The position numbers were made by a program, and so were the translations under genes. DNA of 64,000 nt from Bacteroidota bacterium (lineage in GTDB: Bacteria > Bacteroidota > Ignavibacteria > Kapaibacteriales > UBA961): NCBI GenBank assembly GCA_964204605.1, contig OZ123195.1, positions 2,415,814-2,479,813 on the forward strand. Direction: 5' to 3'. Under the pieces are notes generated by a model. It did not search any database. It was not told the DNA's origin and saw only the letters and a program-made list of their open reading frames with translations. Of this stretch, positions 53,314 to 62,656 are shown one piece after another. Positions within the stretch are counted from its first letter, which is position 1. The number at the start of each line of letters is the position of its first letter.

Positions 53314-54204
53314 ATGAAAACATCAATACATATTTTCTTATTTCTTATACTTACTGTATATGCAAAGATATTTTCGCAAAATCCTAATGTCTTAATAATT
53401 ACGGCTCATCCTGATGATGAAACTGGATTTGCGGCTACTATTTATAAAATAACGCATGATCTTGAAGGCAAAGCAGATATTATCGTTATTACCAATGGCG
53501 AGGCAGGATACAAGTATTCTAGTATTGCCCAAGATATCTATAATATTGAATTAACAAAAGAAGCTATTGGAAGAGAATATCTACCTTCTATAAGAAAAAA
53601 AGAATTGATGTCCGGAGGTGCTATTCTAGGTTTAAGAGAGTATTATTTTCTAGATCAAAAAGACACCTATTATACTTTAGATGCTGATTCTGTGCTACGG
53701 CATGTATGGGATACTACCTTTATAAAAAGACGTATTCAACAAGTATTAAATTCGAAACATTATGATTTTATCTTTACTCTACTTCCAACAAATTCAACAC
53801 ATGGACATCATAAAGCGGCTACAATATTGGCTTTATCTGCTGTACAAGAGTTTCAATCAAAAAGCAAACCTGTCATTGTAGGATGTACACTTGCAGATTC
53901 AACTGCTATTAAACCAGAACCATTTTTAGGATTACAGACATATCCAATAACTGCAGTTAAGAATGAATTTCCAAGTGCTCAATTCAATAGAAATCAAAGT
54001 TTTGGATATAATAAAAAACTTAATTATTCAATTATTGCTAATCTTGTTATTGCTGAACATAAATCACAGGGAGCAATGCAATTAGCGGCAGGTAAGGGTG
54101 ATATCGAATATTTCTGGAATTATTCATTAAATTCTCAAGATTCTGAACTCAATATCAAGCAATTGTTTGATAGAATGGCATTAACTCCTTTTAAACAAAA
54201 ATAA
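53314..54204 (+). CDS. PIG-L/LmbE family N-acetylglucosaminyl deacetylase, secreted
   Basis: Signal peptide, then the LmbE signature LIITAHPDDETG and downstream His/Asp ligands (NSTHGHHKAA). Confidence 0.8.
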   Translation: MKTSIHIFLFLILTVYAKIFSQNPNVLIITAHPDDETGFAATIYKITHDLEGKADIIVITNGEAGYKYSSIAQDIYNIELTKEAIGREYLPSIRKKELMSGGAILGLREYYFLDQKDTYYTLDADSVLRHVWDTTFIKRRIQQVLNSKHYDFIFTLLPTNSTHGHHKAATILALSAVQEFQSKSKPVIVGCTLADSTAIKPEPFLGLQTYPITAVKNEFPSAQFNRNQSFGYNKKLNYSIIANLVIAEHKSQGAMQLAAGKGDIEYFWNYSLNSQDSELNIKQLFDRMALTPFKQK

Positions 54205-54215
54205 CAACTACTTAT

Positions 54216-55592
54216 ATGATGTACTTTTTGTGTGTTCTCCTTTTTGCTTCTTTCACTATCCTAGATGCACAAGTTTCTGGATCTTGGAAAAGACTTTTAG
54301 ATTCTCCTGTATATGGTATTGGAATCAATCCTAAAAATCCTGAAACAATAATAGTTGGGGGATTAGGAAGAACATTATATAAAACCCACAATGGTGGTAT
54401 AAGTTGGACATTAGATAGTATTGAATTTAGAAGTGGATCTTCTCAGTTAACTAATATTCTTATTTCTTCGGTAGATACTAATATTGTATTAGCTGGTGGA
54501 GTTTTTAATAGTATCAGAAGAAGTACGGATCAAGGGATAACTTGGGAGAATGTTTTCGAACCTGAAAAACCATTATTTATATCGCCTGGTGAAACAATCA
54601 TAGAAAATCCCGATAATCCTTTGATGATTTATGCTGGAGATAATACATCAAATAGAATTTTTAGGAGCTTGAATGGTGGGATTTCATGGGATACCATAAC
54701 TACCTTAAATGTATCTGGATTATGTACATTAACATTAAAACCAGATAGTTCAAATGTACTTTTTGCAGGCTGTAAATTAGGCATTATAAAAAAATCTACT
54801 GATGCGGGTTCTTCATGGAGAACAGTAGCAAATATTAGAGAAAAAGGTGATTCAGAAATACCTAAGATTGTGTTTAGTAAAAAAAATCCTTCAATTGGAT
54901 TTGCTATTATAGCCTATTTTCTTCCAAAAAATAAACCAAATGGGGGTATCTATAAAACAACAGATGGCGGTGAAACATGGAATGAATTCGGCAGTAAAGA
55001 TACTAGCTTTTGGTCTTTATGCATTGCACCATATCAAAATGGAAATGAAGAATTATTTATTGGTGGATACTCTGATGCTTCGGAAAATATTCCTGGTCCT
55101 GGATTTATTATTCAATCTCAAATCAATGTATTCTCACCAATATATTATTCAAGTCAGATTCCATGGTTTTCTAATATGCAAGGAATTCCACCAAGAAAAA
55201 ATGTATGGATGATAAAATCTGCAGTAAATAGAAATGGTGAAACTTTGGTATATGCTGCCACAGAAGCTGGTTTTTATGTATGGAAACCCAATAGCACTGC
55301 AATACATAATGAACCACTTTTTGATCAATCAATTGAATTTAGTGTTGCTGAATCATTCGTTAATATTGAATCTGCACAGCATGAAATACAATCTATAGGC
55401 GTATTTTCTCTCTCAGGAAAACAAATATATGCCCCAACTATATCTGCACAATCATATGCAACTATTCCTCTATCTTCAATACATGAATCAATTATTATCA
55501 TTCGGGTATTTACACAAAAAGGTACATTCTCTGAAATATTGATTGCTCCTCATCACAATGCTATGTTAACAAGAGAAGCAATCGTAGAGTAA
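54216..55592 (+). CDS. BNR/Asp-box repeat beta-propeller protein with putative T9SS C-terminal sorting domain
   Basis: Signal peptide and at least five Asp-box-like repeats (KTHNGGISW, STDQGITW, SLNGGISW, STDAGSSW, TTDGGETW). The last ~80 aa resemble a por-secretion CTD (IQSIGVFSLSGKQIY...IIIIRVFTQKGTFSEILI). Confidence 0.6.
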   Translation: MMYFLCVLLFASFTILDAQVSGSWKRLLDSPVYGIGINPKNPETIIVGGLGRTLYKTHNGGISWTLDSIEFRSGSSQLTNILISSVDTNIVLAGGVFNSIRRSTDQGITWENVFEPEKPLFISPGETIIENPDNPLMIYAGDNTSNRIFRSLNGGISWDTITTLNVSGLCTLTLKPDSSNVLFAGCKLGIIKKSTDAGSSWRTVANIREKGDSEIPKIVFSKKNPSIGFAIIAYFLPKNKPNGGIYKTTDGGETWNEFGSKDTSFWSLCIAPYQNGNEELFIGGYSDASENIPGPGFIIQSQINVFSPIYYSSQIPWFSNMQGIPPRKNVWMIKSAVNRNGETLVYAATEAGFYVWKPNSTAIHNEPLFDQSIEFSVAESFVNIESAQHEIQSIGVFSLSGKQIYAPTISAQSYATIPLSSIHESIIIIRVFTQKGTFSEILIAPHHNAMLTREAIVE

Positions 55593-55679
55593 ATCATTTA
55601 TTAGCAAAACTAATTAGCTAATATTTATACCGTATCTTTGATAATTATAGATGATTTTTTTAGAAAAATAATAATTGAT

Positions 55680-56456
55680 ATGTCTAGATATAAAATTACT
55701 TTAGAATACGAAGGAACCAGATTTTCTGGCTGGCAAGTTCAAAAAAATGCAAGAACAATTCAAGGGGAATTAATTGGTGCTTCAAAAACAGTATTCGCTA
55801 CTGATTCCTTTGAGTTATATGGTTCTGGAAGAACCGATGCAGGTGTTCATGCACTAGAGCAAGTAATACATCTTGAGGTAAAAACCATGTTGGCTCCTCA
55901 TATTATTAGACAAAAATTAAATGATGAACTGCCAAGTGATATTTCAATTCTTCAAGTAGAAAAAGCTGATGATAGATTCCATGCCAGACATCATGCAGTA
56001 TCAAGAACATATCTCTATCAAATCTCAAGAAGAAGAACCGCCTTTGGAAAAAAACTAGTATGGTGGATAAAAGATAATCTTGATATTTCCGCAATGCAAA
56101 AAGCAGCTTCACATTTTGAAGGTATGCATGATTTTAGATCTTTCACCGCTGATGATCCTGATGAAAAATCAACAAAAGTTGATATAATGTCAATTTCAGT
56201 GAGAGAACATGGAGATCTCATTTTGATTTCAATTACAGGTTCACATTTTTTGTGGAGTATGGTCAGACGTATGGTTGGCGTAATTGCTGAAGTTGGTAGA
56301 GGTAAAATGAAAGCAGATGAAATTCCTATCCTTCTAAAAAAACCATCTAATGTCCCGGCTTTACTTACATGCCCTCCCTCAGGATTATTCCTAGCTAAAG
56401 TATCATACAATAAGCACGATAAAATAGAAATTGTTCATCCAATTTTACACATATAA
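55680..56456 (+). CDS. truA: tRNA pseudouridine(38-40) synthase
   Basis: YKITLEYEGTRFSGWQ...GSGRTDAGVHA with the catalytic Asp context. The ATG at 55680 is preferred over the TTG at 55638. Confidence 0.9.
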   Translation: MSRYKITLEYEGTRFSGWQVQKNARTIQGELIGASKTVFATDSFELYGSGRTDAGVHALEQVIHLEVKTMLAPHIIRQKLNDELPSDISILQVEKADDRFHARHHAVSRTYLYQISRRRTAFGKKLVWWIKDNLDISAMQKAASHFEGMHDFRSFTADDPDEKSTKVDIMSISVREHGDLILISITGSHFLWSMVRRMVGVIAEVGRGKMKADEIPILLKKPSNVPALLTCPPSGLFLAKVSYNKHDKIEIVHPILHI

Positions 56457-56500
56457 ATTATCAGAAAATGATTTCTGAATGTAAGTGAACTTCTAAAGAA

Positions 56501-56911
56501 ATGAATTGTATCCTTATGAGAAATATGAAATGTGTAGCGTTATTACTATTCTTCTATAGTATGTTATTGTGCTCTGCATGTAATGATAATGTGATTACTT
56601 CGCCTGATCAAATTATTTTTCCCGACACAAATATTAGCTATCAATTACATGTAAAACCTTTATTAGAACTTACCTGCGCTTTTTCTGGTTGCCATGATTA
56701 TGAATCAAAATTGGGAAGTGTTGATGTTACTTCTTATTATGCTTTAACTGGTAGAGCCGGATTGATTATTCCAGGTAAACCAGATCTAAGCCTGTTAAAT
56801 CAAATACTAGAAGGAAAACAACCTCATATGTTGTCTTTTCAAGACAGGGTTAATTCCAGCCAAATCAAAGGGTTAAGACAATGGGTGATAGAAGGAGCAA
56901 AAAATAATTAA
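56501..56911 (+). CDS. Small secreted PSCyt1-like (planctomycete cytochrome c domain) protein with non-canonical CX4CH motif
   Basis: Signal/lipobox LLCSAC. VKPLLELTCAFSGCHD...GLIIPGKPDLSLLNQILEG...LRQWVIEGA parallels the PSCyt1 consensus (kPiL...C..CH...G..ivPGkp..SlL......MP...L....i..l..WI..GA), except for four residues between the two Cys. Confidence 0.5.
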   Translation: MNCILMRNMKCVALLLFFYSMLLCSACNDNVITSPDQIIFPDTNISYQLHVKPLLELTCAFSGCHDYESKLGSVDVTSYYALTGRAGLIIPGKPDLSLLNQILEGKQPHMLSFQDRVNSSQIKGLRQWVIEGAKNN

Positions 56912-56951
56912 TAAATAATTGTACATATAACAATATTTGTTTTGACAATAT

Positions 56952-56963
56952 GTGTGATCACAC
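56952..56963. promoter_or_regulatory. Perfect 12-bp palindrome GTGTGATCACAC upstream of the HmuY-like gene (candidate operator)
   Basis: Self-complementary 12-mer read directly in the sequence, about 55 nt upstream of the 57018 start. The TGTGA/TCACA half-sites resemble CRP/FNR-family half-sites but with no spacer. Confidence 0.3.
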
Positions 56964-57017
56964 GTATATTTGTAAAAAATAAATCACCATATCACATTAA
57001 TTTGTTTAGGTTTACTT

Positions 57018-57656
57018 ATGTACAAGATATTTTGTTTTCTGTCAGCATTCATTTTGCTTTTTACCCTAGATTCATGTTCCGATAGCTCATCCAATGTTCA
57101 ACCTACAATTGATACAGTTTCAACCAGAATAATCAAGAATATTATTCCAGACACTCTGCAATCTAAATTTGTATATTATTCATTAGATGGTGACAGTGTA
57201 GTTCCACCTTCTAAATCAGCGACTACCGAGTGGGACATTAAAATGTCGTATTTATATGGTGGTGGTAAAACAAAACAGATTGATATATTTTTGAATTCAG
57301 GAACAGTAAACCCAAGTGGATTAACGAAGGGTTTAATTGTAGACACTACATTTGATTTGTTAACGACCGCACCTGCAGATAGTAATTTTAAGATAGATGA
57401 TCAATCAACCAGTGGAAGAATTTTGTCAATAGCACTTGCTCCTCCAGGTAATTTCTTTACATATGATGGATCATCAAGAACAATTAATCCAGTAGCACAA
57501 AAAACATTAGTAATAAAAACCCGTTTAGGGAACTATGTTAAGCTACAAATCCTTAGTATTTACAAGGATCAACCTGAAAAACCAACTATGTTCTCTGAAA
57601 TCGGTTATTATTCTTTCCGATATGCAAAGAGCAGAACAAAAAAACTGAAAAACTAA
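57018..57656 (+). CDS. HmuY-like lipoprotein (putative haem-binding lipoprotein family)
   Basis: Lipobox FTLDSCSD and the 212 aa length of HmuY. TTEWDIKMSY, an aromatic-rich middle and the C-terminal KLQILSIY...GYYSFRY pattern loosely parallel P. gingivalis HmuY as I recall it. The gene is followed by a TonB-dependent receptor, as in hmuY-hmuR. Confidence 0.4.
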   Translation: MYKIFCFLSAFILLFTLDSCSDSSSNVQPTIDTVSTRIIKNIIPDTLQSKFVYYSLDGDSVVPPSKSATTEWDIKMSYLYGGGKTKQIDIFLNSGTVNPSGLTKGLIVDTTFDLLTTAPADSNFKIDDQSTSGRILSIALAPPGNFFTYDGSSRTINPVAQKTLVIKTRLGNYVKLQILSIYKDQPEKPTMFSEIGYYSFRYAKSRTKKLKN

Positions 57657-57715
57657 GGAGTAGAGCTTTGTTAAACCATACTCCTTTGGTATTTTTGTAA
57701 GAAATAACCAAGGAA

Positions 57716-58705
57716 TTGCATATGTATGGCAATGTTAGTATACTAGATGTATCAGAAACGGCTCAGATACTTAATGAAGATCCGGTTCGTTTAGAACAAT
57801 TTGAAGCGAAAATAGCTCGTGGCGAAAAGATAGAACCTTATGATTGGATGCCCAAAGAGTATCGCAGACAATTAATCAGAATGATTGAACAACATGCACA
57901 TTCTGAGATTATTGGTGCATTACCAGAAGGTACGTGGATTACAAGGGCGCCAGGTTTTAAGCGTAAAATGGCATTAATGGCTAAAGTACAAGATGAAAGT
58001 GGCCATGCCCAATTATTATATAATGGTGCAGAAACCCTTGGTAAAACTCGTGAAGAAATGATCAATGATTTGATTAATGGAAAATCTAAATATTCAAATG
58101 TATTTAATTATCCAGCAAAAACATGGGCAGATACAGCAGTTATTGCATGGCTAGTTGACGCCTCTGCAATTATCAATCAAGTATTGAATTCAAAAGGTTC
58201 ATACGGTCCTTATTGCCGGGCATTAGAAAGAATTTGTATGGAAGAATCTTTCCACTTGCGTTATGGCTATGATAATGTTACCACCCTAGCAACTGGAACA
58301 CCAGTGCAAAGAGAAATGGTTCAAGACGCATTGAATAGGTGGTGGAAACCAATCATGCATTTTTTTGGCCCTCCAGATAATGCATCTGTTCATAGTGAAA
58401 TTCTGATGCGATGGAAAGTTAAAATGGCAAGTAATGATGATATGCGACAACAATTTCTAAATCAATATGTGCCAAAAATACTTGAATTAGGTTTATCAAT
58501 CCCAGATCCGAATCTTGTTAAAAATAAAGAAATAGGAAAATGGTCATATTCTGACCCAGATTGGAATGAATTTTTTGAAGTTATCCGCGGCAATGGCCCA
58601 TGCAACAAAGAACGCTTGGCTGTTCGCCGAATGGCAGAAGAAAACGGCGCATGGGTAAGAAAAGCCCTTAATAAAAATGCAGCATATACAGTTCCTTTGT
58701 CATGA
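57716..58705 (+). CDS. paaA: 1,2-phenylacetyl-CoA epoxidase subunit A (PaaA) family ferritin-like di-iron oxygenase, stand-alone
   Basis: Full-length collinearity with E. coli PaaA as I recall it: [35 protein letters not shown]...AKVQDESGH...KYSNVFNYP...[12 protein letters not shown]...[19 protein letters not shown]...NRWWKP...FGPPD. Di-iron ligand motifs are present (E...EH...E..H). No paaB/C/D/E is adjacent. Confidence 0.8.
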   Translation: MHMYGNVSILDVSETAQILNEDPVRLEQFEAKIARGEKIEPYDWMPKEYRRQLIRMIEQHAHSEIIGALPEGTWITRAPGFKRKMALMAKVQDESGHAQLLYNGAETLGKTREEMINDLINGKSKYSNVFNYPAKTWADTAVIAWLVDASAIINQVLNSKGSYGPYCRALERICMEESFHLRYGYDNVTTLATGTPVQREMVQDALNRWWKPIMHFFGPPDNASVHSEILMRWKVKMASNDDMRQQFLNQYVPKILELGLSIPDPNLVKNKEIGKWSYSDPDWNEFFEVIRGNGPCNKERLAVRRMAEENGAWVRKALNKNAAYTVPLS

Positions 58706-58723
58706 TACATTTCTAAAGTATTC

Positions 58724-58760
58724 AACCCCTTCTTACGGAAAGATAAGAAGGGGTTTTTTT
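58724..58760 (+). terminator. Rho-independent terminator after paaA
   Basis: Perfect 12-bp stem aaccccttctta / taagaaggggtt, loop cggaaaga, then T7. The TonB-dependent receptor ATG immediately follows the T-run. Confidence 0.8.
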
Positions 58761-60974
58761 ATGATTATACTTTTAGCCATGATGAATAGAATAGCATGTA
58801 TTATCATTTTTTTTTCATTGTCACTACAAGTACGTGGAAATGAATTAATTGCGATCGATACCAATAAACCAAGAATCCCAAAAATTCCGATTAAAAAAAC
58901 TGATACTGTAACGGTAATAAAAAGTAAAAAAAATATTGTTGTCACAGGAACGAGAAATGAAGTAGTTCAAAAAGACTCACCAGTACGTGTAGAAGTAATT
59001 TCTAATGAGCAAGTTCATACCTCAGCAATGGTAAATATTGGTGATTTATTAAAAGAACAAAATGGAATTGCTCTCTCATCAAATGTTAGAACCGGAGTAC
59101 AGATAATGGGTTTGAGTGCAGATTATACTCAAATTTTAATTGATGGACAACCCATGATAGGTAGAGTAGCTGGAGTATTAGATTTATCAAGAATATCAGT
59201 AGGGAATATCGAAAGAGTAGAAATTGTAAAAGGTCCAATGTCTTCATTATATGGCAGTGAGGCTTTAGCAGGAGTAATCAATATTATTACCAAAAAACCA
59301 GAGATAGGTTTCAAGGGTTCTTTATTTGGACAATTCATTCAAAAAGGTGCCCAAGAATATCGTGCAGAATTACAATATGGAAGTGAAAAGTTTGATTTCA
59401 GCACTTTTTTAAATTATAAGAATTCGCTGCCATTTACTTTGGAACAATCAAATAAAGTATATCCATATCAGGGTTTTACAGATTATACTGTACATACAAA
59501 GATGAAATGGTTTGCTCATAATAATCTCAAAATAGGAGCTGATTTTCGCGGTTTTATGTCAGATTCAAAAGGCAAATTTGTAGAATCATTTTTTGGACAG
59601 ATTGCGTCAAATACCGGCAGTGTAGTTCAAGAAGATATTGGTTCGACGATTTCAGCCGAATGGACGCATGGTAAAGCTAGATTATCTGCTCAAGTATATG
59701 CAAGCTCTTATGGAGAACGGTATAATTTTGATTCAATACAAGGCAGTGGATCTTCAATTGATGATATGTCTAGAAATTTATTAAGATCATATCTACAATA
59801 TGATGTTTTTTGGTCTGAAAAAAATCGTTTCACATTCGGAACTGAATATACAATTGATGATATTTCGGGTACACGTTATCCGGACAAACCATCATTTAGA
59901 ACTTTTAGTGGTTTTATGCAATGGGAAGGAAATCCAACTTCTTGGATTTCATATGCTTTAAGTGCTAGATATGTACAAAATTCTGCTTATAAAAATCCTG
60001 AGTTTTCTGTTTCTGAATTTGCAAAAAGCCTTATTAATGTAATTAATCCAAAATATTCTCTTAATATTAAAATTACTGAACATATTCGCTTAAATAGTTC
60101 AATTGGCACAGGATTTAAAGTTCCAGATTTCAGACAATTATACGTACAATTTTCTAATCGACTTGGTGGAGCCGGATATGATTTGATTGGTTCCAGAAGA
60201 TTGGGTTTTGATTTGCAACCTGAAAGATCTATAGCTTATGATGCTGGCATAATCTATGATAATCAGTCATTGTTACTATCGGATTCAAAACCAGTTTCTG
60301 TTTTTTTTGAATGTCGTTATTTTATGAATCAACTGTCAAATCTTATTGAATTTTATTTTGTAAAATCAGATCCAGTTTCAAATCAATCAATTTATTCTTA
60401 TAGAAATATTTCTAGAGCTTTAACTTCAGGAATTGATATCTCTACTAGATGGATATTGTCTTTGTCCAAAACAGATAATCAATCTTTAGGTATAACATTG
60501 GGATATCAATATTTGGATACAAAAGATCTAGAGGTTGTTGATGCTATAAAAAAGGGAATAGCAGGAACTGTAAGCGCATCAAATGGAACATTTAAGCCAT
60601 TAACAGAAAATGAATATGGTGGTTTGTGGTTTCGATCAAAGCATACAGGTACAATACGATTAGAGTATACTAATCCTGAATATGATTTTTCATTCAATAT
60701 CAGAGCTCAAATGATAGGAAGATTTGGTGATGAAGCCCTTGATAATAATGGACCAGTCATTTCAAATCGTAAAGTTCCTGATCTTGACAAAGAATATATT
60801 CAAGGATATACAATCATCAATGCTGCAATGTCCAAAGAATTTGATATTTCTGATAAACAATCTACCTTAATGATTTCTATTGGAATAAATAATGCCTTGA
60901 ATTCTATGAATTTGCAGTCTATTCCCAATATGATTGGCAGGCAATTATTTGTAAATTCTAGCATAACACTATAG
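58761..60974 (+). CDS. TonB-dependent outer-membrane receptor
   Basis: Signal peptide, then a TonB-box/plug region (VVTGTRNEV...[26 protein letters not shown]) and a beta-barrel ending ...NSSITL, with a C-terminal aromatic-rich last strand. The ATG at 58761 is preferred over the ORF-track start at 58677, which lies inside the paaA terminator. Confidence 0.85.
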   Translation: [737 protein letters not shown]

Positions 60975-61064
60975 CAAATACTGTTGATTTAAAGGAATTC
61001 CCTAAATTAGTTTTAATGTAAAACGTCAAATCATTGGTTTGTGTAATTATACAAGGAATATATC

Positions 61065-61760
61065 ATGAATTCATCAATAACAGAAGCTCGTTCGGTTGCC
61101 GTCTCCGAGGCTCAAAAAGCATATTTAACAAAAGTGTATGGATGGATGGTTGGGGGATTATTTACCACCGCTTTAGTTGGTGGAATCATAGTTTCAGATC
61201 AACAAATTATGATGGATGTTTTGTCCTATAGATGGATTTTAATTATTGCTCAATTTGGTCTTGTTATTGCACTTTCTGGTTTTATTGAAAAAATGAATAC
61301 AATAACAGCCATGGGTTCTTTCCTTTTATATTCAGCATTAAATGGATTAACATTATCTGCTTTACTGTTGATTTACTCTGAAACTGCAATCGTTACATCT
61401 TTTTTATCTAGTGCTGGAATGTTTGGTGCAATGAGCTTATATGGAGCAATTACAAAAAAAGATTTATCAGGTATTGGATCTTTTATGTTTATGGGGCTTA
61501 TAGGAATAATCTTGGCAAGCATTGTCAATATGTTTTTAGGAAGTGATGCTTTAAGCTTTGCTATATCAATAATCGGTGTTTTAGTATTCACAGGCTTAAC
61601 AGCATATGATACGCAAAAAATTAAAGAATCTGCTGAATTAGAATTTCATGGAAGTGAAATCGCTACAAAAGGTGCTATACTAGGTGCATTAACTTTATAT
61701 CTAGATTTTATCAATTTATTTATCTTTACTCTACGCTTATTAGGCGGAAGAAGAGATTAA
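61065..61760 (+). CDS. Bax-inhibitor-1/YccA (TMBIM) family membrane protein
   Basis: 231 aa with 7 TM helices, a BI-1 family N-terminus (AYLTKVYGWMVGGL) and a charged C-tail (GGRRD). Confidence 0.8.
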   Translation: MNSSITEARSVAVSEAQKAYLTKVYGWMVGGLFTTALVGGIIVSDQQIMMDVLSYRWILIIAQFGLVIALSGFIEKMNTITAMGSFLLYSALNGLTLSALLLIYSETAIVTSFLSSAGMFGAMSLYGAITKKDLSGIGSFMFMGLIGIILASIVNMFLGSDALSFAISIIGVLVFTGLTAYDTQKIKESAELEFHGSEIATKGAILGALTLYLDFINLFIFTLRLLGGRRD

Positions 61761-61777
61761 TAAAAAGAAATAAGTTA

Positions 61778-61812
61778 GGGTAGATAATAAAGATATCTGC
61801 CCTTTGTTTTTT
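61778..61812 (+). terminator. Putative intrinsic terminator after the BI-1 gene
   Basis: Stem gggtagata / tatctgccc (9 bp with 1 mismatch), then tttgtttttt. Confidence 0.45.
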
Positions 61813-61816
61813 ATAT

Positions 61817-62641
61817 ATGAATATACCCTTACAATATCAATCAACACCATTAGAATATGCCAGATTATTACTTCAATCTGGTGATATTATTGGTGCAATT
61901 GATATATGTGAGTTCTTGATTCAGACTTCTGATATAGAAACAAATGGTCCTGAGTTATTTATTGTATTGGCACAAACCATTGATATATCTGGAGATGCTA
62001 TTGCTGCTAAACAATTTATTTATAAAGCAATGCAACTTTTTCCAGGACATCAGGAATTGATTACCTGTTATCATCACATACCTCATTTACATTCAAGCAT
62101 AGTAGTAAATCCTCATTCTATTAAGATATCTGATGGTTCTCATACTGAATTATCAATGCAGGGTATCTCTATAAACAGTAATAATGAGCATGAACGTATA
62201 CAAAAAAGAATTTCACAATATGATTCATTCCTTCCTAAACTAGAATATACTTCGATTACTACGCAAACTGTAAGGGATGATAAACATCAACCTCCGATAG
62301 AAACAGAATTCCCTGATTTTCCAGATTTTTCCTATTTATCTGCAGCAATAATCGTTGAGCAAAAAAATCAAGCGATACAAAAGCCTTTAAATGCATTAGA
62401 AGAACTAGCAAAAAGATTAGAACATGCAAGAATCCCTGCTATACCAAATGATCCGGTACAGGGGTCACCTACATATACACCATCGATAGTAACCGAAACA
62501 ATGGCTACAATTTATGAAAAGCAAGGTGCTTATACTCAAGCAATAAAAGCTTATCAAATCTTAGCTAGAAAAAACCCCGAAAAACTTATGTATTTTGAAG
62601 AAAAGATTGATATTTTAAGAAAACGTATCAATAACCTTTAA
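61817..62641 (+). CDS. Hypothetical protein with TPR-like ends
   Basis: There are helical-repeat-like segments at the N- and C-termini (TMATIYEKQGAYTQAIKAYQILARKNPEK). The middle region has an acidic FPDFPDF motif. I recognised no enzyme motifs. Confidence 0.45.
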   Translation: MNIPLQYQSTPLEYARLLLQSGDIIGAIDICEFLIQTSDIETNGPELFIVLAQTIDISGDAIAAKQFIYKAMQLFPGHQELITCYHHIPHLHSSIVVNPHSIKISDGSHTELSMQGISINSNNEHERIQKRISQYDSFLPKLEYTSITTQTVRDDKHQPPIETEFPDFPDFSYLSAAIIVEQKNQAIQKPLNALEELAKRLEHARIPAIPNDPVQGSPTYTPSIVTETMATIYEKQGAYTQAIKAYQILARKNPEKLMYFEEKIDILRKRINNL

Positions 62642-62656
62642 CATATTATTTGAATT

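Noticed and set aside
54940-56410. ORFs 54940..55212, 55906..56112, 56018..56410 overlapping the BNR protein and truA
   Set aside because: They are nested alternate frames. truA and the BNR repeats are well supported.
57838-60697. Small minus-strand ORFs inside paaA and the TonB-dependent receptor (57838..58065, 58462..58725, 58733..58945, 59129..59338, 60506..60697), and the N-terminal extension of the receptor ORF to 58677
   Set aside because: They are antisense to supported genes. The 58677 extension would read through the 12-bp-stem terminator of paaA, so the ATG at 58761 is preferred.
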